From: a virus
Reading direction: 5' to 3' (one strand)
IMG/VR virus record: IMGVR_UViG_3300008954_000005
Span: 91,723 to 155,722 of that record
Length of the DNA: 64,000 bases
Both the position numbers and the translations under genes were made by a program. Of the stretch, positions 15,839-25,346 are shown piece after piece. Numbering within the stretch: position 1 is the first letter of the stretch; each line of letters begins with the position of its first letter. The notes beneath the pieces are model-generated. The model worked only from the letters and a program-made list of their open reading frames with translations. It made no database searches and was not told the origin of the DNA.

Positions 15839-18800
15839 TCAGTCTTTATCCCAATAGTTCAGGGTCGGATTTCCGAAGTACTTAGACCCTGTACAACTCG
15901 GGATAGACGCATTTCCATGTTCGCCATTAGCCTGGAATGGTCCAGTGGTTGAGTCCATATTACCCCACCAATGGGTGTTCGACCCAACCCAGTCCTTTAA
16001 TCCCCAATACGGATGCGTAAAGTCCTCAATAGTAAATCCGGCGAAGCTGCCGCCCTCGGTCCAAAGCTCTGTCATTACGGTAAAGATATCATCAGTTAAT
16101 CTATTACCAGTCCAATCACCGAAGGAACCACCAATACATGGGATGACGCGGTCTGACAGGTACCTAAGAGAGTTCCCAGAAGCATACGGACCCTTGTATT
16201 CACCATTATCGAAAAAATCGTCTGTATCATTGGTAAAGTTTTCTGTGTGGTGGTCCGGCTGGCGAACCCAGCCCATAACCCCAGCGGCCTGATTAAAAGT
16301 AACAACCGTACCGTAGTTTTGTTTATGCGCTTGCATGTGGCTGGAGCCGTCATCCGAAGTTGAAATGATTTGCGCAAAAGGGTTTCCAAGACGATTTAGG
16401 TAGATTTCCCCCCATTCGACTCCATCCATCGTGTTATCCCACCACCTGTCCGGGTAGGGACCTCGTGCGGCATTCAAAACGTTATGGTTGGCTGTTACCA
16501 TCGTACAGTTATCGATGAGGATATTACCGCCGCCGCCGAATAGATACTTAGACGTCGCCCACTGCTCCTCCTCAGGTGTTGTGTCGTTGGAAAGGTTTAT
16601 TTGGGAGGAACAGAACGAGGTACGATCAGTATGCCAACCACAGGTGTTCCCATTAACCATCAAGGAGACCTGTACAGAGCCCCAGTTATAGACGGTGTCA
16701 TCCCCATCAGGGCCAGACGATACGTCCCCCCAATTGTAATTATCCGCAATCCAAATAGACCCCGAGCATTTGTTGTCACTCACGACGAATTCTGTCACGT
16801 CGCCGTGAAGTAAGATGCTGTGGTTTTTCAGTGTGTAGTTCGGATTAAACCCGCCCCAGAAACACCGATTTCTCGTGACTGAGCCCTTGGAGCAGTTATC
16901 GACCTCGATATGAGCTACTTTATTATTGTTAATATCGACCCCAAAAGAGTCATAAGCATAGATACGGCGTCCCCACGTTGTGTAGCTATCGGTACTACCC
17001 AGCATTATCTCCATTGAGGGGAACCCATCATCCGACCGACGCCTAGACTGCCAATTAAGGGGGCTGAACGGGCCTACGTTGTTGGTCCCGCCGCTACAAG
17101 AGTACAGCCCGCCTGAGTTGCTGTATACCAAGCCGATGCGATGTTTACTGTGATCTTCCGCTGGGAACCCAGATTCGCCGGGTTCTGGTTGCTGGCACCA
17201 GTAGTTATGGCCGGGACCACCGACGTGGTTGCTATTACCCGCTTCAGCAAAAGCCCTAGTATCCTGGTGTGCCGTTACGTTGCCCTCTGTATCACCTCCC
17301 GCGTCGATGTACTGCATGACATAAACGCCATGATCAAAATCTACTTGGTAGCCGCTTTCTGGTCCGTACAACTCCCAGTTTCGGAAAGGTGCAACGTAAT
17401 CGGCGTAGTACAAATGGTCGTTAGGATCGGTTCTTACCCCGAGAAGGTATTTGGGTCTTGCGGATATTTCTTCATAGCCCATAAGCGAAACATTCCCAGA
17501 AACCACAGCATTGTCAGAACTCTGCAATACGATATTTCCCTGGCCGTGTATATGCCTAGCCGGGTCATCGGTGGGGTTATATCGAACCTTGCCCGAAACC
17601 GTGTCAAGGCTGAGCATCTGGGGCTCTATCACTGATAGGTTATTATTAATAATCTGGAGGGACTTGCCGCTGTAGGTAACAATGTCACGACCCACACTAT
17701 TCTCACTAATTATCCCGTTGTCATTCCAAGCACTATAAATAGTCCCAGGACAAGCGTTTCCAGAAATACGTGTGGCCCTACCGTAAGACTCGATGTTGGG
17801 CTGATAGAACGTTCCGACAAACAGCCAAAGGTCCAAAGCCTGTTGCAGTGGGCGTCCGTCACCTGGGGAATAACGTCGGAGGTCATTATCAACAATAGAG
17901 CCTCCCCACGAATACATATGGATTGAGCCGCCGTTCAGCTTGTTCCTAGAAACTGTAAAATTAGCGCCTGCCCTTTTTTCTGCGATTATCGTGTCTCCTT
18001 CCGCCAGGGCTACCTGACCCGACCCATACCAGTCTCCAAGATCCCAATTGTAGTTGCCAACAAAGATGTCATTATTCAGCAAGACGTTGTCTGCAATTAA
18101 GCCCCCACCGCCGTCCCAATAAACCAGCCCACCGTTATGGATGTCATCTCCATCCAGGTCGTAATCCCACAGGTCGATTTCGCCCAAGTACCCCTGGTTG
18201 TGATCAATATCGGCGGTATAGAACCCACCGTAGTAGGCATAATTACTTTGGGTCTCTGCGCGGACGCCCCACTTGTTACCTCTAATCGAGCAGTCGAAAC
18301 AGTCACCCCCGGCACCGACGAAGATAAACCCATCACCAGGGATGTGGTTGTTGATGATATTTGCTTGGTGACAATCTTCTCGTAAAAAGATGCCTACCGG
18401 CTGGTTCACTGGATCAATAACGTACCTATCTCCATGCGGGTACAGGTTGTTCCCGTCAACCTTTGCGTTCATACAGGAATCAAGAAAGACGTGCCCCATA
18501 TGCATTTGGTTATTGGTGATAGAAATATTTTGCGTGTCATACGCAACGAGCATCGCCGCATTACCCTTATCGTTTGTGTTCATCACCCCGTTACTTTCTG
18601 GCAAGTATCCGCTTGGCGATGCCGCACAATCTCGAAGAGTATTATTCGAAAATATCGAGTTGTTTGTTCCAATACCGAAGTACACGGGTCCAACAAGATT
18701 GTTGTCTACGATCTTCACGGTTTGGTGACCCCAGCCAACGAAAATGCTGAACGGGTAATTTGTTCCCATAAGCTCAAAGCGTGCGTCGGCGGCATCGAAA

Positions 18801-21800
18801 ACATCGTCCACGCCCCCCTCGTTGTTCTCGTAAGAGTAGTACCCTGTAGACCACGAGTATCCGGTGGTAATATCGTTGATGATATTATTACCGTTTATAT
18901 GGATTCCGTGCGTGTGGGAAGCTACGTACTCCCAAAAATCCGTCATTACAGCGTCAGCGAGAACAATCCCCTTAAGGGCCTTACCGACCAGATGGATGCT
19001 GTTCCCAGAAATTTCAGACGGAAGAGCCTTGTAGTAAAACGCCTGAGCCCCGGTGAAATAAATACCCCCACAGAAGTTACTCTGAGATTTATCGAGCCCA
19101 TCTCCGCCATACGCGTCTAGCGCGTAAACGGTGTGTCTAATAGTGTTTCCGGTAACTTGGAAGTTGGCCCCATCGACAACAATGCCCCATGGGTCTTCAC
19201 ACGCGTATTGTGTACTGTAATTTTCCTTCTTCCAGTAGGGCATCCCTGGGTCGCGGATCGTATTGTTGACAATACGGATGTCTGAAAATTCGTGCTGTGA
19301 GCAGGCGAAGATACCTACTTCTAAAGGACCACTAATCGTATTGTTTTCGATTGTTCCGGTGGCCCAATGCTGGCTCTCTGCAGACCCCCCGAAGTCATAC
19401 CATTGCACATCCTCCCCAAAATAGACGCCGTAAGCGAACCCACCGTGGAAAGAGCAGTTAGTGACAGTCACTTCTTTTGAGTGAGTCGCAAACACACCCG
19501 CACGACGCTTACTGAACGCGGTGTGATCCTCTTCCCACATTTCATGCATGTGCCCGTGCTCTGACGGGACACACACAGCCTCGCAAGAATCAATCGTAAT
19601 ACCCTTGTGGTACTTCTTATGGTTACCCGCACCGTACGAGAACGCCGCACCGTATGGGGTCACATTGTCCCAATTCACCATCTCGCCCACGTCACCGTCG
19701 TCCGCCCAAATAGTGCACCCGAAGGCCGCTAAACCGTGGGTAACATTGATAGCCCGACAATTCCGTAGGGTAATGTTGTCCAACGATGCGGTGGTTCTTG
19801 TGTACGTCGTGGGGTTGTAGAAATCACAAAGGATTCCACCATTGTGGAGGGTGACCCCCTCAAATAAGTAGTTCCCTGAGAAAGCGGCGTTGGGCCTCTG
19901 TAACCCGTAAATAGCCGTCCACATGCCTCCCCGATCCTGATCCATGGCTGGGATGGACAGGTCCCCATCCTTGCGGGTGCAGATGAAGGCGGCAACATTC
20001 GGCCGAGTGTTATGGCCGTCCTCGACACCGGTGTCCCAGCCGGTGTCCCAATAGTTCCCAGCAAACGCCTCTTCGTCTAGACCGTGGTCTACACCGATGA
20101 AGCGGAGATTGACATCTCTAACAGTGACACCTTGTCGGCTGTTTAGATCGAACAGCGGCTTACCCTCAGACCAATAAATTACTGGTCCATGTCCTGGGTG
20201 GATTCTGAGCCATCCGTCGTCATTTACTGCGTCATCGGTCGGGGTTGCAGCACCATGCCACCAAGACATCCACACCCCTTCCGCTGATGCTGGTTCTGTC
20301 GGGTGGGTATATGCTGTCCTCATTTCCCGGTTATGCAGCCAGGACTGGTCTGCGCCTTTGTGCCCGATGAGATTGATACCGTGCACAGGGAACCGCATGG
20401 GGAGCGTGATCCCTCTGGCCTCGTGATCGAACTCATGGCAAGAGCCAACTACCTCAATTGTCCACTTACGCCCTTTGTACGCTTGGGTGTTATCCATGTG
20501 CTCGATGTAAACAAGGGCCTCACCTACGTTCTTAAAATGAAGCTGTGCCTGTGTGTGTGCGTCTACACCAAACTGGGAGTGGCCTTCGCCCGGAGCGCTA
20601 TCCACCAACTTCATGTGTGAAGCTAGCTCTTCTGTAGAGGTGGTCCCCACCAATAGGTTGGTTCGTTCATCGACACGCGAAATCGGCTTTCTAAGGTTTA
20701 TTACGGCCTCGATAAAACCGTCGTTATCCGTAACCACCTTTGCAAACGGGACAATATGCGCCTCATCGTACTGACTCCACAACCAGGGGTCAGCAGCGGC
20801 TGGGGATGAGTGCATATCAGCAGCCGAGCCAATTGGCTTAATTAGAACTTTTCGGGCTCGTGCGTCAAACCAAACCATGAACTCCCGGCTATCTAGGTCG
20901 TCCGAGTAATCCTCTAGATTGTACACGTCAGCAGGAATATGCCACTTCGCCCCACCAAGAAGAACGTAAGCTTCGCAAAACACAAGCCCACGCTTAGCGC
21001 CATCCGCGTCATCCGCAGTCCAATCACCAAAATCATGGTAACTTAGCCGGTCAAACAAAGTGTCCGAAGGGAAGATTTCCCCGGCATTCTCATTCACCAA
21101 AGAAAAACAATATCCACCGGTAATAACACCATTAGAAAGAACACCAAATTGGTGCTCTGTCTTCATGTAGGCTTCGCCAATAGTTACTGTCTCATGCCCG
21201 TATAGCTTCCTGGTTGCCTCATTTACAAGGTCGTGGTTGTAGTTACCGAGCACCGTGGCTTCGATAGATCCAAGAATAGACCTGTCTTGGCTCTCTTGCG
21301 GCGTCGTAGAGTGGTCGAAAGCTGCCTGCTTTAAAGATGGGTTTTTATCGCCACCATCATCTCTAGCTGCCGCACTGACCATCCCTTCTAAAGGGATATC
21401 TCTTCGAACGAGGTCTGGGTCTATTCCCCCAACCTCAAGGGTGACGCCCTCGCTATCGTATACATTCCAACCAATATCTTCGTCGTACCATGGGGGTGTA
21501 GCGGTAATGGTTTCACTACCAAAAACAGTGCCATGCGCCCAGGCGTACCAATTATCCAATCCAAAGACGTTGTAGTGATAACCTGTAGAACTAGCCCAGG
21601 TCAGGGAATCGTCCTGGGACTTGATCGTGTCGATCTCGCTATCCCCGTCATCATCCACCTGTTTCCGTGGAGCAATAGCGTTAAGCCTTCCGTACCCTAT
21701 CCGTACCCGAGCCCCCTGTTCGCGCTCGGTGTTGGTAGACCAAACGTCGTCATAGTCATGGTGTTTGCTGTCCAAACGGACCAAGGTGACATGGTCAGCA

Positions 21801-24490
21801 TCGGACCTAAGCCAGATAAAGCGTTCCCAGTCCTGCCAGTTTGGCAAAACAAGTGTGAACGGCCGCATCGGGTTTTCATAGATGGTGTTACCGGTAGCAG
21901 ACTGAACCGCTCGCCCGTCCACGGGGCTCACTAGCCCCGAATACCGCATATTCTCGTTAGCAGAGAAGTTGTTGTGGTAAGCAGCATTCAGTCCGTGTGA
22001 CGGAACGAAACTAACACCCTCAGAATTAGTTACAACGGGGGCCTTGGTGATGTACTTAACCTGCCAAGTATCGCCACCATCTGTGTAAAAAGTACTGCCG
22101 CCAGCGGCATCACCATGCGTACCATTCTGGTCAGTAGCCTGGAATGGGTATCCGCCTGGACCCACTAAAGTTAGGTGATCGTGTTCGGGGCCATCGTCTT
22201 CAGGTTCTGCGTGAACGCTCCCGACAATGATTGTTCCGCATTGATCGTTGTTTGGATCAGCGACGGCTGAAATTATTTTCCCGGCATATCTGCGGAATTT
22301 ATGAGTACCTACATTACTATCTGGGTGCTCAAACCGAACCCAGTCACCCCAGCAGCCCCACGTACTATCCTCCCAAGCTTCTGTGAGCGTAGGCTTACCG
22401 GCAACCGTGCACTCGACGTATAGCTCCCACAAACTACTCCCAAGTATCTGGGCGGTTGGGGAGTCCGTCGTGTTCAACCCATCATTTCTTGGGTGTGGTA
22501 TCCCAGGCCCAACGCCCAAAGGAAGCTCTACGGTAGTTTGCTTATCAATCTCGGCGTCTGTTCCTGTGCGTAGAAACGACTGCCACCCTCGGAGCTTCAT
22601 AGCGTCCGCAAAATCAAGCCCTGCGTCTAAGTTTAGACCCTCAGTAAAGAAGTCAGGCTTAATCGCTGACAGCAGGTTCTCTCGAACGGTGCTTAGGGTT
22701 TTGATGTGCGCTTGGTACGAACCACTATAAAAAGACTTCCCGTCTTGGAAGGTAAGGACAGGGTTCAGAATAAACCCAGACGGAGCGCAACCATAGATTA
22801 GGCCGGGAGCAGTTTCCAAAGAGAACAGGACTGGCTCACCAGCAGCAACAACGCCATTATGAACACCATCATCTGGACCTAAAACATCGGAGCCAAACTT
22901 GATATCTCCGATAGCTGCGGCCATGCCCCACTCTCCTGCGGAGTGGTCTTCTGGCCAGATGTGTGCGTGTCCGTGGAATAAGAAGGTGCCGGGAAGGAGG
23001 CCCCAGTTTTGTTCCGCGCCGTCCTCCTTATCGGGGAGGCCGACGCTGTTTCGTGAGCGTTGCCCGCCGTACCTGTTGTACGTCGTTACCCCACCGCTAG
23101 CATGAGCAACACCGCGAGACCAATCGTAAGAACCGTCAGCACCGTCGTAGTTTTTCGTTACGAATCTGGTGGTATCCGTACTTGCGGACAGGTACAGGTC
23201 TCCAGGTCGCTCATCGGGGCGATCATCTCTGAGGAGATCGGGGCGTGGGACGACAAACGCGATGTGCGCAAAGTTCGATCTAAGCGCCGGGTTCAGCGCC
23301 GTACTTTCAGGATCTGTAGGATCACCCGAATCTTGGTGATACGGGGCGGTTCTCCAAGAGACAAACTCCCCCTCCATAAACTGCATGTAATCTCGAACAG
23401 TTACTTTATGGAGGCCCCCGCGTGTAAGGATGACCTTTGACCCGGTTCCGGTAGGCGGTTTCGCGTCAGCCGGTACAATTTCGGCAATCTGAAAAAGTCC
23501 ATTATTACCTGCCTGGGCTCCCTCAGCACCGTCACCGGTGATTTCAACGAAACACCCTGGCTTCAGATACAACTCATCAAAGGAGTAGTCTTTGATGTAC
23601 AAGCCGTCTGTGTCCCATTCGGCAATACGTGCATATCGCTCGTTTCCACTATAGGGCGGAAGGTCTGTTTTAATGCGCTTAACTGGGGGGATATACAGCG
23701 GTATTCCTGACGCAGCTTGGCTGGTCAAAAAGCGCTGTTCTTGATTCTTGTACTTTGGTTGGTGGTACGAATACCCTGTACCGCTGTTGTACTCGGTATC
23801 GTTCTCAAATACGTCGCTAGGACAAACTGTGTGGTGCGTATCTTGGATAGGCTGGAGGCCACCAGTCTCATTGGGGTTCGCAACTACAGATAAGTCCGTG
23901 GCCCCTTCTGGGTGTACGGCACCTCCGCCACCGGGGACTCCCCCACCGTACTGTCCTTCTACCCTATGGAATTTGACGTGCCTTTGAAGTTCGTTGGGGG
24001 TCTGCCCAACGTATACCCACTGAGCGGGGACTCTTCCGCTTGCGTTAGTCCCACCAGAAAGGTGTAAATCCGTCTTACCGGTTCTTACCAAATCATCGCT
24101 GGTGGTAAGTGCCGCATTCATCATGTCGGCTTGATCACCAACATCGTGATTATCGCTAAGTACGACTGAGCCCCGCATCCACAGAATTTCGCCGGTCCAA
24201 CCACCGGACATGAAATCGTCGTCGTTCCAGAGTTGCATGGGAGAGATCACGGCGCTCTTTAGCGTGATCGCATTTAGTACCGAACTAATAGATTCGATAT
24301 TAGTCGCTAATGCTGCAAGAGCCCGGTTAAACGCTAGACTAGTAGCGTCTTCCCCATAGGCCATAAACTTTGTGGCCGGTTGCTGTGGGTCGAACGGGGT
24401 AAGTGTATTTGCTGGGGCAGACTCGGTTAGTGCCTTCTCGCCCGTAGATACCTTCCCAACTAACCGCCCAAAATACTTATAGGACATCAT
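15839..24490 (-). CDS. Giant tailspike/receptor-binding protein with parallel beta-helix repeats (2883 aa)
   Basis: C-terminal half has many I.NN.I / V.GN repeats (TIENNTISG, RIVNNTIRD, QVTGNTIRH, EISGNSIHL, HINGNNIIN); last gene of the tail operon. Confidence 0.75.
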   Translation of the reverse strand: MMSYKYFGRLVGKVSTGEKALTESAPANTLTPFDPQQPATKFMAYGEDATSLAFNRALAALATNIESISSVLNAITLKSAVISPMQLWNDDDFMSGGWTGEILWMRGSVVLSDNHDVGDQADMMNAALTTSDDLVRTGKTDLHLSGGTNASGRVPAQWVYVGQTPNELQRHVKFHRVEGQYGGGVPGGGGAVHPEGATDLSVVANPNETGGLQPIQDTHHTVCPSDVFENDTEYNSGTGYSYHQPKYKNQEQRFLTSQAASGIPLYIPPVKRIKTDLPPYSGNERYARIAEWDTDGLYIKDYSFDELYLKPGCFVEITGDGAEGAQAGNNGLFQIAEIVPADAKPPTGTGSKVILTRGGLHKVTVRDYMQFMEGEFVSWRTAPYHQDSGDPTDPESTALNPALRSNFAHIAFVVPRPDLLRDDRPDERPGDLYLSASTDTTRFVTKNYDGADGSYDWSRGVAHASGGVTTYNRYGGQRSRNSVGLPDKEDGAEQNWGLLPGTFLFHGHAHIWPEDHSAGEWGMAAAIGDIKFGSDVLGPDDGVHNGVVAAGEPVLFSLETAPGLIYGCAPSGFILNPVLTFQDGKSFYSGSYQAHIKTLSTVRENLLSAIKPDFFTEGLNLDAGLDFADAMKLRGWQSFLRTGTDAEIDKQTTVELPLGVGPGIPHPRNDGLNTTDSPTAQILGSSLWELYVECTVAGKPTLTEAWEDSTWGCWGDWVRFEHPDSNVGTHKFRRYAGKIISAVADPNNDQCGTIIVGSVHAEPEDDGPEHDHLTLVGPGGYPFQATDQNGTHGDAAGGSTFYTDGGDTWQVKYITKAPVVTNSEGVSFVPSHGLNAAYHNNFSANENMRYSGLVSPVDGRAVQSATGNTIYENPMRPFTLVLPNWQDWERFIWLRSDADHVTLVRLDSKHHDYDDVWSTNTEREQGARVRIGYGRLNAIAPRKQVDDDGDSEIDTIKSQDDSLTWASSTGYHYNVFGLDNWYAWAHGTVFGSETITATPPWYDEDIGWNVYDSEGVTLEVGGIDPDLVRRDIPLEGMVSAAARDDGGDKNPSLKQAAFDHSTTPQESQDRSILGSIEATVLGNYNHDLVNEATRKLYGHETVTIGEAYMKTEHQFGVLSNGVITGGYCFSLVNENAGEIFPSDTLFDRLSYHDFGDWTADDADGAKRGLVFCEAYVLLGGAKWHIPADVYNLEDYSDDLDSREFMVWFDARARKVLIKPIGSAADMHSSPAAADPWLWSQYDEAHIVPFAKVVTDNDGFIEAVINLRKPISRVDERTNLLVGTTSTEELASHMKLVDSAPGEGHSQFGVDAHTQAQLHFKNVGEALVYIEHMDNTQAYKGRKWTIEVVGSCHEFDHEARGITLPMRFPVHGINLIGHKGADQSWLHNREMRTAYTHPTEPASAEGVWMSWWHGAATPTDDAVNDDGWLRIHPGHGPVIYWSEGKPLFDLNSRQGVTVRDVNLRFIGVDHGLDEEAFAGNYWDTGWDTGVEDGHNTRPNVAAFICTRKDGDLSIPAMDQDRGGMWTAIYGLQRPNAAFSGNYLFEGVTLHNGGILCDFYNPTTYTRTTASLDNITLRNCRAINVTHGLAAFGCTIWADDGDVGEMVNWDNVTPYGAAFSYGAGNHKKYHKGITIDSCEAVCVPSEHGHMHEMWEEDHTAFSKRRAGVFATHSKEVTVTNCSFHGGFAYGVYFGEDVQWYDFGGSAESQHWATGTIENNTISGPLEVGIFACSQHEFSDIRIVNNTIRDPGMPYWKKENYSTQYACEDPWGIVVDGANFQVTGNTIRHTVYALDAYGGDGLDKSQSNFCGGIYFTGAQAFYYKALPSEISGNSIHLVGKALKGIVLADAVMTDFWEYVASHTHGIHINGNNIINDITTGYSWSTGYYSYENNEGGVDDVFDAADARFELMGTNYPFSIFVGWGHQTVKIVDNNLVGPVYFGIGTNNSIFSNNTLRDCAASPSGYLPESNGVMNTNDKGNAAMLVAYDTQNISITNNQMHMGHVFLDSCMNAKVDGNNLYPHGDRYVIDPVNQPVGIFLREDCHQANIINNHIPGDGFIFVGAGGDCFDCSIRGNKWGVRAETQSNYAYYGGFYTADIDHNQGYLGEIDLWDYDLDGDDIHNGGLVYWDGGGGLIADNVLLNNDIFVGNYNWDLGDWYGSGQVALAEGDTIIAEKRAGANFTVSRNKLNGGSIHMYSWGGSIVDNDLRRYSPGDGRPLQQALDLWLFVGTFYQPNIESYGRATRISGNACPGTIYSAWNDNGIISENSVGRDIVTYSGKSLQIINNNLSVIEPQMLSLDTVSGKVRYNPTDDPARHIHGQGNIVLQSSDNAVVSGNVSLMGYEEISARPKYLLGVRTDPNDHLYYADYVAPFRNWELYGPESGYQVDFDHGVYVMQYIDAGGDTEGNVTAHQDTRAFAEAGNSNHVGGPGHNYWCQQPEPGESGFPAEDHSKHRIGLVYSNSGGLYSCSGGTNNVGPFSPLNWQSRRRSDDGFPSMEIMLGSTDSYTTWGRRIYAYDSFGVDINNNKVAHIEVDNCSKGSVTRNRCFWGGFNPNYTLKNHSILLHGDVTEFVVSDNKCSGSIWIADNYNWGDVSSGPDGDDTVYNWGSVQVSLMVNGNTCGWHTDRTSFCSSQINLSNDTTPEEEQWATSKYLFGGGGNILIDNCTMVTANHNVLNAARGPYPDRWWDNTMDGVEWGEIYLNRLGNPFAQIISTSDDGSSHMQAHKQNYGTVVTFNQAAGVMGWVRQPDHHTENFTNDTDDFFDNGEYKGPYASGNSLRYLSDRVIPCIGGSFGDWTGNRLTDDIFTVMTELWTEGGSFAGFTIEDFTHPYWGLKDWVGSNTHWWGNMDSTTGPFQANGEHGNASIPSCTGSKYFGNPTLNYWDKD

Positions 24491-24496
24491 ATGCTC

Positions 24497-25153
24497 CTAG
24501 AAACGAATTTCCCACTCTACGCGAAGAATAACATTTGGCGTCACGTGAATAGGATCAAAGATATTGTACGCGACTAGGTAATTAGACGCTGCAGGATCTG
24601 CCTCTTCTGGGAGAGGCGGGTTGGCTTCATGCGTGTACCTCGGATTTGCGGAACTCAAATACAAGCCAGCCTCTGTGATGGGAACGCTCGTTCCCACTTC
24701 CACATTAGACACCCTCGTAACGTTCCCAGCAAAAGATAGCTCATCCTCAGCAATATCACAGATAAACCTAGTACGAAAATCACCCGGAAAATAGACACTA
24801 TCATTCGATTGATTGTCTACCTGTTTCAGGTATAGCCTCTGGTCGAAATCAACGCTAATCGGGATTGGGTCTTGGATAGCCGTTACTGTAACTAATTCAG
24901 TCTGGCCTGTCGCAAAGTCGGTGTCTGTTTGTAGGGCTCCACCACAACCGAAACCGATGTACTTGATCTTGTCTGTGTTGTGTGGGCTCGGGGGGTCTTG
25001 GCTGTAATTATCGGAACCAATGATCTTGGCCAACCAACTGCGCCCGGTGTTTGTGAAGACGTTGTGCCCAAAACGCTCTTCAATTAGTTTCCCATCCTTA
25101 ATAACAGCGATCGCTACGTTTATTGTCGGGTCGAGTTTATCGGATAACAGCAT
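24497..25153 (-). CDS. Phage tail/baseplate-associated (tail-collar-like) protein
   Basis: GHNVFTNTGRSWL, YIGFGCGG, ITEAGLY, VEWEIRF pattern typical of myovirus fibre-attachment proteins. Confidence 0.7.
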   Translation of the reverse strand: MLLSDKLDPTINVAIAVIKDGKLIEERFGHNVFTNTGRSWLAKIIGSDNYSQDPPSPHNTDKIKYIGFGCGGALQTDTDFATGQTELVTVTAIQDPIPISVDFDQRLYLKQVDNQSNDSVYFPGDFRTRFICDIAEDELSFAGNVTRVSNVEVGTSVPITEAGLYLSSANPRYTHEANPPLPEEADPAASNYLVAYNIFDPIHVTPNVILRVEWEIRF

Positions 25154-25294
25154 AGTTGCGTCCTTGTAAATAACTTAGATACTGCGCGTGAAGTACCTAT
25201 TTCTCTAACAGCTTTTATCATATATCCCAAGACCTGGGTTGAAAAGCAGCAGTATAAAAATGGTCTCAGTCTTTCATTACAAGATAATAAGGTT

Positions 25295-25322
25295 GGGGAG
25301 GGGGGAAAAATCCCCCCTCCCC
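25295..25322 (-). terminator. Perfect 12-bp GC-rich hairpin after the 998-aa gene (terminator or processing site)
   Basis: GGGGAGGGGGGA-AAAA-TCCCCCCTCCCC; followed on the - strand by AACCTTATTAT (weak U-tract). Confidence 0.65.
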
Positions 25323-25346
25323 GGTTTTATTAGATGGCTACATCAC

